Part shown: piece after piece, positions 19,628-28,535 of the stretch
Numbering within the stretch: position 1 is the first letter of the stretch
How the letters are laid out: every line of letters begins with the position of its first letter
DNA from: an uncultured Acidobacteriota bacterium
Lineage (GTDB): Bacteria; Acidobacteriota; Vicinamibacteria; Marinacidobacterales; SMYC01
Direction of reading: 5' to 3'
NCBI GenBank assembly: GCA_963815675.1
Contig: CAWFHP010000020.1
Coordinates: 143,430-207,429 of the forward strand
Length of the DNA stretch: 64,000 nt
Program-made: the position numbers and the translations under genes
The notes under the pieces: model-generated
Database searches by the model: none
Seen by the model: only the letters and a program-made list of their open reading frames with translations
Told to the model about the DNA's origin: nothing

Positions 19628-19993
19628 TCAATCTCGCCGTATCCGTCCCAGACTCGATCGCGAGACGGCTGCAGGCGGGCCATTATTTGCAGCCCGGGAG
19701 TGACCTCGAAACGAGGGAGGGGCGCGACGATCCGGAGGGAAGAAGGGGGAGTCGCGTGGGATGAATGCGTGCCGCAGGGGACCGCCGTCGATGCGAGAGC
19801 TGGAGATCTCTCGATGACAGGAGTCCTCAGCGAGATCGCCGTGATGGCTCCGTGTCATCCGGGCGCAGAAACAGGCGCCGGGCCGGCAATGCGAATTGAG
19901 AGCGTTGAGACCCGAGGCGATGCCGGCGAGGGACTCGAGGCACAGAAGATGGCTCGCGATGAGGAGCGCCGCCAGCTTCACCCGGAGCGTCAT
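19628..19993 (-). CDS. hypothetical small secreted Cys/His-rich protein (uncertain)
   Basis: MTLRVKLAALLIASHLLCLESLAG looks like a signal peptide. It is followed by HCRPGACFCARMTRSHHGDLAEDSCH. The C-terminal half is low-complexity and not convincing. It lies just upstream of the TonB receptor, in the same orientation. Confidence 0.3.
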   Translation of the reverse strand: MTLRVKLAALLIASHLLCLESLAGIASGLNALNSHCRPGACFCARMTRSHHGDLAEDSCHREISSSRIDGGPLRHAFIPRDSPFFPPDRRAPPSFRGHSRAANNGPPAAVSRSSLGRIRRD

Positions 19994-20170
19994 TCTAGTG
20001 CATTGATGCCGTGGGGCCAGCATCCATCAGGGCCGCGGGGACCCCACCTCCGCGGCGTGTCGCTACGTGCTTCGCACTGCGCGACGGCTGACGGCACACC
20101 CACGGCTTCTTGTGTCGTCGGCCCGTGCGGGCCGTGCTCGCTCCGCTCGCGCAGGGTTCACATGATTTTT

Positions 20171-20705
20171 TCAGCACCCTGCTGGCGCTACCTGTTCTTG
20201 CTCGATGGCGTCTCGCACCGCCCGTACGTTCGCGGTGACGAGCTCTTCCATCGCTTCCCGGATTACATAGTTGTTCGAGAGGGTGGCGTAGAGTCCGTCG
20301 GGGACCTCGTAGGAGAGTCGCATCACGAGCTCCGCGCCCTCTTCCCGGGGCACGAATCTCGTGCTCCAGGACCCAGCGCGGAAAGTACCCTCTCGCCTTC
20401 ACGTTGGTGAAGCGCGTGGGTGGTCGATACTCGGATACGACGACGTCCCAGCTGACGTCGACGGGCCAACGATGGAGTCGATAACGAAAGATCGTTCCCG
20501 GGCGGAGATCGGATGGATGCTGCTCCAGCCGGACCGCCAGGGAGTCCGGAAACGCGCTCTTCCAATTCGCCGGGCGGTCCATGAAGGCGAAAACCTCGGG
20601 CGCGGAGCGTCGGATGAGCTCGCGCTTCTCGATGACGGTGACGTCGTATTCGGGTTTCGGCTTCCGCCGTCTCGACGCTCGACCGCTCGACCATGACACC
20701 GTCAT
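20171..20705 (-). pseudogene. SRPBCC (START/polyketide cyclase-like) family protein; frameshifted near 20356
   Basis: The N-terminal part of ORF 19995..20705 reads ...IRRSAPEVFAFMDRPANWKSAFPD...YFPRWVLEHE. It joins ORF 20171..20353 (VPREEGAELVMRLSYEVPDGLYATLSNNYVIREAMEELV...) after removing one T from GATTC. The span is 3n+1 nt. Confidence 0.65.
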
Positions 20706-20756
20706 CCTAGCTCCATCCGCGGGCGAATGGAAAACCGGAAGCGTGAAGGGCGTCGC

Positions 20757-21125
20757 TCAGAGGTCGCGGGCGACCTCGGCGAGTCGGGAGCGGACGACTC
20801 GGCGCCTCTCGGGCGCGAGGGGAGCTTCGAGCACGAGCACGACGAGAGCACGCTCGTCGATGCGCTCCACGAGAAAACGAGGGTCGTCGCCGGGCGGCGG
20901 CTCGCCGATGAGCGCCCCCAGGATGGGATCGGCGCCGGAGTCCATCAGTCCCGCAAGAGGGTGGGGAAGTCGGAACTCGACGTGCCCGACGGTGGCGAAG
21001 GGATTGCCGTGCTCGTCGACGAGGAATCCAGCCGAGGCCCCGATCTCGGATATTAAGGATTCCAGACGGGAGCGGACGCGCGCGAGCTTGTCGCCCGAGG
21101 AGAGGATCTCGTCGGAAATCGCCAT
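20757..21125 (-). CDS. Roadblock/LC7 (MglB-like) domain protein
   Basis: 122-aa [27 protein letters not shown]...[10 protein letters not shown] fits the Roadblock/LC7 fold pattern. Confidence 0.6.
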   Translation of the reverse strand: MAISDEILSSGDKLARVRSRLESLISEIGASAGFLVDEHGNPFATVGHVEFRLPHPLAGLMDSGADPILGALIGEPPPGDDPRFLVERIDERALVVLVLEAPLAPERRRVVRSRLAEVARDL

Positions 21126-21250
21126 CGTTCCGCTCCATCGTCTCTTTCGACGCTTCCAGCGTCAAGCAAAGCCTCGTTGGTCGGGATCCCGTGCCGTGGT
21201 ATAGTACGCCTATCGAGGGGCCCTCGCGGGACCTTCGCGAGGAGAATTCC

Positions 21251-21448
21251 ATGTCGATGTACCCGCTTCTGATCGGTCCGGTAGGCTTGCCCGAGCTTCT
21301 CGTCATTCTCGCCATCGTGTTCCTGATCTTCGGAGCGAACAAACTCCCGCAGCTCGGCGCCGGGCTGGGCGAGGGCATCAAGAACTTCAAGAAGTCGATC
21401 AAGGGCGCTGGCGACGACGAGAAGACCGAAGAGGGCAAGAGCAAGTAG
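21251..21448 (+). CDS. tatA: twin-arginine translocase subunit TatA/E
   Basis: [52 protein letters not shown]... is the canonical TatA TM helix plus amphipathic helix. The ATG at 21251 lies inside ORF 21191..21448. Confidence 0.85.
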   Translation: MSMYPLLIGPVGLPELLVILAIVFLIFGANKLPQLGAGLGEGIKNFKKSIKGAGDDEKTEEGKSK

Positions 21449-21495
21449 CCGCTCTTCGAACGCCCTTTTCCCGCCTCCCCCAACTCGCGCCACAG

Positions 21496-22063
21496 CTATT
21501 TTTTTCGAATGTCCGTGATGATGAGCGTATTCGTGCGCTCGTCAAAGACGACCGAGCCGCGCGGCGACACGAACCGGGCGAGCATCGGCGCGATATCTTG
21601 CGCGCGCGCGTAGGCGAGCTTCACGTAGGTGGTCGTGAGCGGGCCGGAGAGGGCTTTCTCGTCCTCGTACTTGCGCCGCTCCTCGTACTCCTTTCGGAGC
21701 CTTTCCGAAGTGGCCACGCGCACCAGATTCGGGCCTAGCTCGTCTTTGGCGAGACCGCAGGTGCGCAGCACGAGAATCGAGCACCTGAGTCCAGGGGAGC
21801 TGCTTGAGCTTCAAGGTCGCGTTGCAGGACACTTCGGGATCGGCCGCGAGGTTGAGGCCACCCACCTCGGCGAGGAGCCTCAGCACGTCGAGCACGTCGG
21901 CCTCTTTCACGTCGATGTCGATGAGCGCCTCCTTGTCCTCCCGAACGGGATGCGCTGGTCGGCGTCTGCGTCTGCGTCTGCGTTGTCTGCGTCTGGTTCT
22001 GAGTCTGAGTCTGGGCTGGGCCTGGGTCGAGAGCAGCATGAAGGTGAGAAGGGCGGTCATCAT
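21496..22063 (-). pseudogene. secretin N-terminal-domains-only protein (PilQ/GspD N0 + N1-like, no pore domain); frameshifted near 21776
   Basis: ORF 21542..22063 gives IDIDVKEADVLDVLRLLAEVGGLNLAADPEVSCNATLKLKQLPWTQVLD. ORF 21496..21771 continues VLRTCGLAKDELGPNLVRVAT...TTYVKLAYARAQDIAPMLARFVSPRGSVVFDERTNTLIITDIRKK*. The two join by deleting one T of GATTC. The start forms an ATGA overlap with the upstream MBL gene. Confidence 0.65.
21962..22024. repeat. hexanucleotide-periodic tract (gcgtct/gagtct units) inside the 5' end of the secretin-N gene
   Basis: gcgtct gcgtct gcgtct gcgttgtct gcgtct ggttct gagtct gagtct gggctg ggcctg on the + strand. Confidence 0.8.
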
Positions 22064-22785
22064 AGCGTCAACCTCATTCCGTCTTCCGCGAGCTCGAAGG
22101 TGAGCTCTTGTCGTCGCGCGATGACGTCCTCGCCCGGGTGGACGAGAAGGGTCCGGCGGGCCCCGATTCGGTCCCGATGGCTCGTGAGGTCACGGTTGTT
22201 CATGTGCTTCTCGAGCGGGGTCTCGAAGCTGGAGCATTCGCAAATGAACAGGTCGGCGCCTCCCGTCTCCTGCACGAGGACCTCGGTCCAGGCGGTGTCG
22301 CCGGAATAGACGATGACCCGGCCTTCGATCTCGAGCCGAAAACCGAACGCGACGCCTCGCGAGAAATGATCGACCTCGAATGGACGGACGGTCGCGGGGC
22401 CGACGGCGACGTCGCGCCCGCCCTCGAGATCGCGAAGATCGAGAGGAAAGTCGACCGACAGCCCCGGGAAGAAGTCCTGCGTTGCCTCGTGAACGATGCG
22501 GGCCGTTCCTCTCGGTCCTGCCACGGTCAAAGGCTTCGTGCGGTGCGAATGGTATCCCGCGTGGCACAAGAGAAACGGCACGCCGGCGAAGTGGTCGCCG
22601 TGGTGGTGCGAGAGGAGAACGAGGTCGACGTCCGCCGGGTCCAGTGATTCCTTCTTCAGCGCGACGAGGGTCGTGGGGCCGCAATCGAGAAGAACGCCGA
22701 ACGCGGCAGTCCGCACGAGGATCGCCATGGCGTTTCTCCCGCCACTCGCGAACGCGTTGCCGGTTCCGAGAAACAGAACTTCCAT
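22060..22785 (-). CDS. MBL-fold metallo-hydrolase
   Basis: 241-aa ORF with the HxHxDH motif (LLSHHHGDHFAG) and an N-terminal FLGTGNAF typical of RNase Z/PhnP-like MBL proteins. Confidence 0.75.
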   Translation of the reverse strand: MEVLFLGTGNAFASGGRNAMAILVRTAAFGVLLDCGPTTLVALKKESLDPADVDLVLLSHHHGDHFAGVPFLLCHAGYHSHRTKPLTVAGPRGTARIVHEATQDFFPGLSVDFPLDLRDLEGGRDVAVGPATVRPFEVDHFSRGVAFGFRLEIEGRVIVYSGDTAWTEVLVQETGGADLFICECSSFETPLEKHMNNRDLTSHRDRIGARRTLLVHPGEDVIARRQELTFELAEDGMRLTL

Positions 22786-22809
22786 CGGTTTTCGCCGGAG
22801 AACATCATT

Positions 22810-23124
22810 CTACCGAGGCGGGGTCGGTCCCGACAAATCGCGGCAAGGCCCGCAGAGGAAACCCGTTTCGCGCTCGCTCGTCTCCACCACCCGGCCGCAA
22901 CGGTCGCATTCCCGGCTGAGCGGCTTCATGAACGAGGAGCGTTTGCTGTCGATGAGATCGGAGAGGTACCGCTTCAGCCTCTCGCCGTCGCCCGAGGCGA
23001 AATAGCGCGTGTCCTCGAGCGGATCCTCCGCGGGATGATTTCTCTCCGAGATCGTTACTTCGACCCGGCGCCCTTCTCCGTCGTCGGTGTCCCAGGTGCT
23101 TTCGATTCGAATCTCGATGGCCAT
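22810..23124 (-). CDS. hypothetical protein with C-terminal CxxC...CxxC zinc-ribbon
   Basis: 104-aa ORF with protein-like acidic composition. RECDRCGRVVETSERETGFLCGPCRD forms a 4-Cys ribbon. The start lies inside the 3' extension of larE. Confidence 0.5.
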   Translation of the reverse strand: MAIEIRIESTWDTDDGEGRRVEVTISERNHPAEDPLEDTRYFASGDGERLKRYLSDLIDSKRSSFMKPLSRECDRCGRVVETSERETGFLCGPCRDLSGPTPPR

Positions 23125-23963
23125 TGAAGCACCTCGTTCAGGCTTCCGGTACGATACCCCTCCAGGTCGATGGCGACGAAACGGTAGCCGACGCGCTTGA
23201 GCTCCTCGACCAGCCGGAGACGCATCTCCGGTGAGAGCGCTCTTTCAATCTCGTCCGGTCCGAACTCCAGCCGGGCGAGCGCATCGTGATGCCGCACGCG
23301 CATGTGGCGAAAGCCCATCCGGCGGAGAGCTTCCTCGCCGCGCTCCACCATCGAAAGCTTCTCGATGGTGATGGGCGTTTCGTAGGGAATGCGGGAGGAT
23401 AGACAGGCGGAGGCGGGCTCGTTCGCGGTGGGAAGGTTCCGCTTTCCCGACAGGAACCGAATCTCGGCTTTCGTGAGCTCGGCCTCTTCGAGAGGGCTCC
23501 TGACTCCGTGGAGCTGCGCCGCTCTTCGGCCGGGGCGGAAATCGCCCCGGTCATCGGTGTTCGCGCCGTCGGCGAGGAAACGGAAGCTCTTCCTTTCGGG
23601 AAGCGAGGAGAGCCGGTCGTACAGCTCGCTCTTGCAGTGGAAGCACCGGTCGGGATGGTTCGCGGTGTAGGCATCGCTCTCGATCTCGCCCGTGGGGACG
23701 AAGCGATGAGAGAGGCCGAACCGTTCCACGACCTCGAGCGCCAGTCGGCGCTGGTAATCGGGGTAGCTCGGGCTTTCGCCGGTTACGGCCAGGGCGCGCT
23801 CGCCGAGGGTCTCGTGAGCGACGACCGCGAGATAGGCGCTGTCGACGCCGCCGCTGAAGGCTACGATGACCGACTCCATCTCCGAAAGAATTCGTTGGAG
23901 CTTGCATTCTTTCTCGAAGGCTTTCGCGGCCCGGGCGGCGTCGTCGGGATGGGAGGAGCTCAT
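23055..23963 (-). CDS. larE: PP-loop ATPase of the LarE (ATP-dependent sacrificial sulfur transferase) family
   Basis: ORF 23055..24026; the likely start is the ATG at 23963. PP-loop motif: VAFSGGVDSAYLA. It also has CFHCKSELY and a SACLSSRIPY motif. The last ~25 codons overlap the next ORF and may not be genuine. Confidence 0.7.
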   Translation of the reverse strand: MSSSHPDDAARAAKAFEKECKLQRILSEMESVIVAFSGGVDSAYLAVVAHETLGERALAVTGESPSYPDYQRRLALEVVERFGLSHRFVPTGEIESDAYTANHPDRCFHCKSELYDRLSSLPERKSFRFLADGANTDDRGDFRPGRRAAQLHGVRSPLEEAELTKAEIRFLSGKRNLPTANEPASACLSSRIPYETPITIEKLSMVERGEEALRRMGFRHMRVRHHDALARLEFGPDEIERALSPEMRLRLVEELKRVGYRFVAIDLEGYRTGSLNEVLQWPSRFESKAPGTPTTEKGAGSK

Positions 23964-23964
23964 G

Positions 23965-24148
23965 TCACTGGTCTTTCCACTCGACGATCTCTTCGTCGGC
24001 GATGTCGAGCTCGATGGGAGAAACATTCACCACCTGGAGAGTCACGCCGCATTCGGGACAACCGATGCTCTGGCCGAGAATCGACGTCGAGCTCGTCGAT
24101 CTCGATCTCGCTCTCGCAGGCGGGGCAAACGGGATAGTCGGCGTTCAT
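23965..24148 (-). pseudogene. LysW-like small zinc-ribbon (amino-group carrier protein family look-alike); frameshifted near 24080
   Basis: MNADYPVCPACESEIEIDELDVD, then after deleting one T of GATTC: LGQSIGCPECGVTLQVVNVSPIELDIADEEIVEWKDQ*. It has the two CPxC knuckles and an acidic tail as in LysW/ArgW. The stop lies 1 nt before the larE ATG. The span is 3n+1 nt. Confidence 0.6.
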
Positions 24149-24202
24149 GGTCCGAGGCCGGGATTATAGGCCAAGCCCGCCGCGCCCGTGAAAAGCCGCT
24201 CA

Positions 24203-26788
24203 TCAGGGCTGGAGCAGGAGCTTCGATTCCAGGGCGGCTTCGACGGTGGACCGCTCGAGGCGCAGCGGATGGCTTTGGCCCGCGAGCCACCCCGGGTTCT
24301 CGTCGAAGTAGTGCGGGCTCAACGGATGGCCCGAAGCTCCCGTAGGGACGATCGAGCGGGAAGCATCGGGATTGGAGAGGTCGGCGAGGAGTCGAAAGGA
24401 CGTTCCCACCGTCGTCCGGAAGGGCTCGCGGAGGGAGACGACGGCATTGGCGACGGTGAAGGTCGACCCACCGAAAGGTATGGGACCCCGGCTGAAGAGC
24501 CAGCTCAACGGCCCTTTCGCGCCCAGGGGATGCCGGAAGGTGACACCGTGCAGCCGTCCCCAATCCCAGCCGTCGACATCGTTTCCCTGCCGACTCGAAA
24601 GGAGCGCGACCGCCTCGTCGAGGCTCTTCAGGAAGATCTGCTCGCGGGTCTCGACGGCGGGGGTACCGCGGACGTCCCAGAACGCCGACGCGTCGTCATC
24701 GACGACGGCGTGGAGGCCACCCGCGTGGCCGAGCTCGAGGAAATCCAGGTAGTCGGCGAAGAGCGCGTCACCGAGCTCGTCCTTGAACGTGTTCTCGACG
24801 AGACGCCGGTAGAGCGCCTCGTAGATGGCGGGTGCGGGACCCGAAGTCATCTGGCCGTTCCAGTTTCGGAGCACTTCGACGGCACGGGCGCTCTTCTCGT
24901 CCACGGGCTTGAGCGCGACCGCGTGCCGCAGCACCGCTTCAGTCGAGGCGTCGTAGCGGTCCCCTTGAAATCTGGCGAAATCGTCCAGGCTCGATTTGGG
25001 AATCGTCTTCAACAAGTCCCGGATGCGGTTCGCGCGGAACGGCGCGAGCGTATCGGCTCCGAGCGGGTAGGGGGTCTCGGGCGCGAGCATCTGTTGATTG
25101 GCGCTCACGATCATTCCCTCTTCGGGATTGAAGATCATCGGCTTGAGCTCGTGAGGGATGCTGCCCTGCCATTCGAAAGCGCCGGAAGCCCCGTCTACCG
25201 GAGCGGTGCCGTCGCTTCCGACGCGCACGGGGATCTCTCCCGCGGGGAAAAAGCCGATGTTTCCTTCGACGTCCGCGTACAGGAAAGAGAGCGGCGGGCT
25301 CGACCAGGTTCGAAGCGCTTCTGTGAACTCCTCCCACGACCCGGCACGATCGAGCTGGAGCGCCGCGAGGATGAGATCCCCCGACCACAGCGCATCCCAG
25401 CGCTGGGCGAGCAACCTGCCGTCTGACGTCTCGCCGACGACGACACCGTGCCGGGTCAAGCGGACCTGCTCGGCAACCGGGCTCGCGTCTTTTACGGTGA
25501 TGGTCTCGGTTACGACATCGAGATCACGGAAACCTTCCGGAGTCGCGTACTGCTTCGGGTTGTCGGGATTCAGCGTCTCGACGTAGATGTCCTGCACGTC
25601 GGCGAACAGAGCCGTGATGCCCCAGGCGATGCGGCGGTTCTGCCCGATCACGACGAGGGGCAGTCCCGCGAGACTCGCGCCCGCGACGTCAAAACCGCCT
25701 CCCGAGAGGTGGATCTCGTACCAGACGGAGGGCATCGAGAGGACGAGGTGAGGATCGGAGGCGAGGAGCGGTCGGCCGGTCGACGAACGCTCGCTCGATA
25801 CCACCCAGGCGTTGCTCGCTCCCGGATAGGCAAAATTCCTTGCGGCGTCACCGTGGTCGAGAGACGCCACGCGGTACGTGGAGGTCGGTCCCGGAGGTTC
25901 CGATTTCTCCGTCTCGGCGGGCGGCGGCGCCACACCGGTGAGGGTGTACGCGGCGTCTCGTCCCACCGCCGCGGTCAGGTTCTGACGCAGCATCTCCACG
26001 CGACCGTTGTACGACAGAACGTAGGCCATCCACTTTTCGATGACGAGGCTATCGACCGCTTCCCATGGAGCGGGCGTGAGACCGAGGAGGCGGAACTCGG
26101 GAGGAAGGGTGTCGGCATGAGCGGTGCGGTAGGCGTTCACTCCCGAGGCATAGGCCTCGAGGACCTCGCGGGCTTCGGGTGCCATCCGGTCGAGCTCGGA
26201 GCGGGCCGCCTGCGCGAGGCCCATGCGGCGCGCCACCCGATCCTGGTCTACGGCGTCGCGGCCGAAGATCTCGGCGAGCCGTCCCGAACCGAGCCGGCGC
26301 GAGAGCTCCATCTGGAAGAATCGATCCTGCGCATGCACGTAGCCCATCGCCCGCGCGAGGTCCCGGATGTCCGCCCCGTACAGATGAGCAACGCCGTCGC
26401 GATCGCGCAGCACTTCGACCGGTGCCGTGAGCCCCGCGACGTGGATGACGCCGTCTACCTGAGGAAGCGATTTCCGAACGTCGTACAACAGATATCCGCC
26501 GAGCCCGCCGAGAACGAGTACGACGGCGAGGACGGCGAGAAGCAACAGCTTGAGCCAGGATTGGCCCGAGCCCGAGCTGTGACGGGTGGGGCGCGCGGGT
26601 GGACGGACGGATGGGGGTGCCGATCGACCCCGACCCGCGGGCGGCGCCGGACGCGGACCCGTCGGTCTGGGGGGCGGGGACTTCGCTCCCGCCTCTCCCG
26701 GCCGCTTGGGGGTTTTTCCCGGCGGTCGGGGCGGTGGCGGAAGAGGCTTGGGTCCACCGGGACGTCTCGGTAGTTTCTTGACTGCCAC
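24203..26788 (-). CDS. penicillin acylase (Ntn-hydrolase, penicillin amidase/AHL acylase) family protein with Pro-rich N-terminal extension and TM anchor
   Basis: 861-aa ORF. The autoprocessing site is ...YPGASNAWVVSSERSSTGRPLLASDPHL (SNxW nucleophile). A hydrophobic helix LKLLLLAVLAVVLVLGGLGGYLL follows about 75 Pro/Arg/Lys-rich residues. Confidence 0.8.
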   Translation of the reverse strand: MAVKKLPRRPGGPKPLPPPPRPPGKTPKRPGEAGAKSPPPRPTGPRPAPPAGRGRSAPPSVRPPARPTRHSSGSGQSWLKLLLLAVLAVVLVLGGLGGYLLYDVRKSLPQVDGVIHVAGLTAPVEVLRDRDGVAHLYGADIRDLARAMGYVHAQDRFFQMELSRRLGSGRLAEIFGRDAVDQDRVARRMGLAQAARSELDRMAPEAREVLEAYASGVNAYRTAHADTLPPEFRLLGLTPAPWEAVDSLVIEKWMAYVLSYNGRVEMLRQNLTAAVGRDAAYTLTGVAPPPAETEKSEPPGPTSTYRVASLDHGDAARNFAYPGASNAWVVSSERSSTGRPLLASDPHLVLSMPSVWYEIHLSGGGFDVAGASLAGLPLVVIGQNRRIAWGITALFADVQDIYVETLNPDNPKQYATPEGFRDLDVVTETITVKDASPVAEQVRLTRHGVVVGETSDGRLLAQRWDALWSGDLILAALQLDRAGSWEEFTEALRTWSSPPLSFLYADVEGNIGFFPAGEIPVRVGSDGTAPVDGASGAFEWQGSIPHELKPMIFNPEEGMIVSANQQMLAPETPYPLGADTLAPFRANRIRDLLKTIPKSSLDDFARFQGDRYDASTEAVLRHAVALKPVDEKSARAVEVLRNWNGQMTSGPAPAIYEALYRRLVENTFKDELGDALFADYLDFLELGHAGGLHAVVDDDASAFWDVRGTPAVETREQIFLKSLDEAVALLSSRQGNDVDGWDWGRLHGVTFRHPLGAKGPLSWLFSRGPIPFGGSTFTVANAVVSLREPFRTTVGTSFRLLADLSNPDASRSIVPTGASGHPLSPHYFDENPGWLAGQSHPLRLERSTVEAALESKLLLQP

Positions 26789-26804
26789 TTGGAGAAAAGT
26801 CTCT

Positions 26805-27294
26805 CTAGGTCTTGCGTACGTAATGACCGGAGCGCCCGCCTTTCTTCTCGATGAGGCGGATGTCCCCGATCACCATGGTCTTATCGGCAGATTTCACCAT
26901 GTCATAAACGGTAAGTGCGGCAATGGAGACGGCGGTCAGGGCCTCCATCTCGACGCCCGTTCTCCCGAACGACCGGACCCGGGCCTCGATCTCGAAGCCC
27001 GCGCCTCGATCCTCGAGGGTGACGTCGACGTGGTCGAGGGCCAGGGGGTGGCAGAGGGGGACGAGAATCCGCGGTGCGCTTGGCGGCGAGGATTCCGGCG
27101 AGGCGTGCCGTTTCGACGACGTTGCCTTTCTTGTTGCGCCCGCCCCGCACGAGCTCCATCGCCGGCCGGGAAATCTCGACGAACCCCCGCGCCACCGCCT
27201 CTCGGAGGGTCTCGGCCTTTCCGCCGACGTCCACCATCCGCGCCGAGCCTTTCGCCGAAACGTGGCTCAGCGTCGGTTTCACTTTCCGGGCCAT
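26805..27294 (-). pseudogene. moaC: cyclic pyranopterin monophosphate synthase MoaC; frameshifted near 27068
   Basis: ORF 26902..27294 gives [18 protein letters not shown]...[23 protein letters not shown]. After deleting one T of GATTC it continues [80 protein letters not shown]. The span is 3n+1 nt. Confidence 0.85.
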
Positions 27295-28535
27295 CGGTCC
27301 TCTTTGTTCAAGAACGAATCGAGTGGATGGACGCGAACGGTGTCGCCCGCTTCGAGCCGGTCCCGCTCCGCGGGAACGATGAGCAGCGCGTTCGATTTCG
27401 CGAACGCGACGATGTCTCCCGAGCCTCTGGAGGGAATGGGCCGCGCGACGAGCTCTCCGTCCTCGCCGGGCGCGACCCAGCCCGGAAGATACGCTCTTCG
27501 CGGACCTCGATTCGAGAGGCCATTCGAGAGCCGTGCGCGGAGAAGGGGAGGCGACGGATTGTCCGCTCCCTCGAGGCGGGCGAAGGCCGTCCTCACGAAG
27601 AGCTCGAATGTCACCATCGTCGATACCGGATTTCCCGGGAGTCCAAATACCAGCTTACCATCGCCTCTCACGCCGAATACGAGCGGTTTTCCCGGTTTGA
27701 GCGCGACGGCGTCGACGAGAATCCGAACGCCGAGCTCGGCGAGGACTTTCTCGACGAGGTCGAAGCGTCCCATCGAGACCCCGCCGGAGAGCAAGAGCAC
27801 GTCGGCTCGAAAGCCGGTCTCGACGAGTCTGCGAATCGAAGGCTCGTTGTCCTCGGCGACTCCCAGGTAGCTCGCCTCGATCCCCACTTCTCGGCACTGC
27901 GCCTGGAGAGAGAACCCGTTGCTGTTGCGAATCTGCCCCGGGCCGGGCCGGACCGACGGATGGACGAGCTCGTCGCCCGTGGCGATGATCGCTGCCCGGG
28001 GGCGGCGCCCAACCGAGAGCCGGGTCTTTCCCACGGTGGCCGCGACCGCGATCGCGGCGGCGTCGAGTCGCGTGCCCGCTCGGAGCACCACGTCCGCCGC
28101 CTTCGTCTCGCTTCCCCTCGGCGCGATGTTCTCGCCGGGCGCGACCGACTCGAGAATCGAAATCGAGACCACGTCGCTCTCGTGAGCCGGTCGGGCCTCG
28201 TGGGAATGCTCCACCATCTGGACCGCGTCGGCGCCGTCGGGAACGGGGGCACCGGTCATGATGGAAGCCGCCTCCCCAGCCTCGACGCGAAACTCGGGGT
28301 AGGAGCCCGCGGGTACGACGCCCACGACCCGGAGAGTCGAAGGAACGGCGCGGGTATCGCAAGCACGGACGGCATAGCCGTCGACGGCCGAGCGCGGAAA
28401 GGGAGGCATGTCGATGTCGGAGACGACGTCTTCTCGCAGCAGCCGTCCTTCGGCCTCGGCGAAGTCGACCTCCTCGCTCGGGAGAGGTCTCGCGTGGGAG
28501 AGGACGATTGCGACGGCCTCTTCGACCGGAATCAT
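27279..28535 (-). CDS. moeA: molybdopterin molybdenumtransferase MoeA
   Basis: This is the C-terminal 418 aa of ORF 27279..29606, starting [18 protein letters not shown]...[13 protein letters not shown]...IMTGAPVP...IATGDELV...GQIRNSNG...SGGVSMG...KPGKPLVFG. The ATG at 28535 overlaps the reconstructed lpxD stop (ATGA). Confidence 0.85.
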   Translation of the reverse strand: MIPVEEAVAIVLSHARPLPSEEVDFAEAEGRLLREDVVSDIDMPPFPRSAVDGYAVRACDTRAVPSTLRVVGVVPAGSYPEFRVEAGEAASIMTGAPVPDGADAVQMVEHSHEARPAHESDVVSISILESVAPGENIAPRGSETKAADVVLRAGTRLDAAAIAVAATVGKTRLSVGRRPRAAIIATGDELVHPSVRPGPGQIRNSNGFSLQAQCREVGIEASYLGVAEDNEPSIRRLVETGFRADVLLLSGGVSMGRFDLVEKVLAELGVRILVDAVALKPGKPLVFGVRGDGKLVFGLPGNPVSTMVTFELFVRTAFARLEGADNPSPPLLRARLSNGLSNRGPRRAYLPGWVAPGEDGELVARPIPSRGSGDIVAFAKSNALLIVPAERDRLEAGDTVRVHPLDSFLNKEDRWPGK

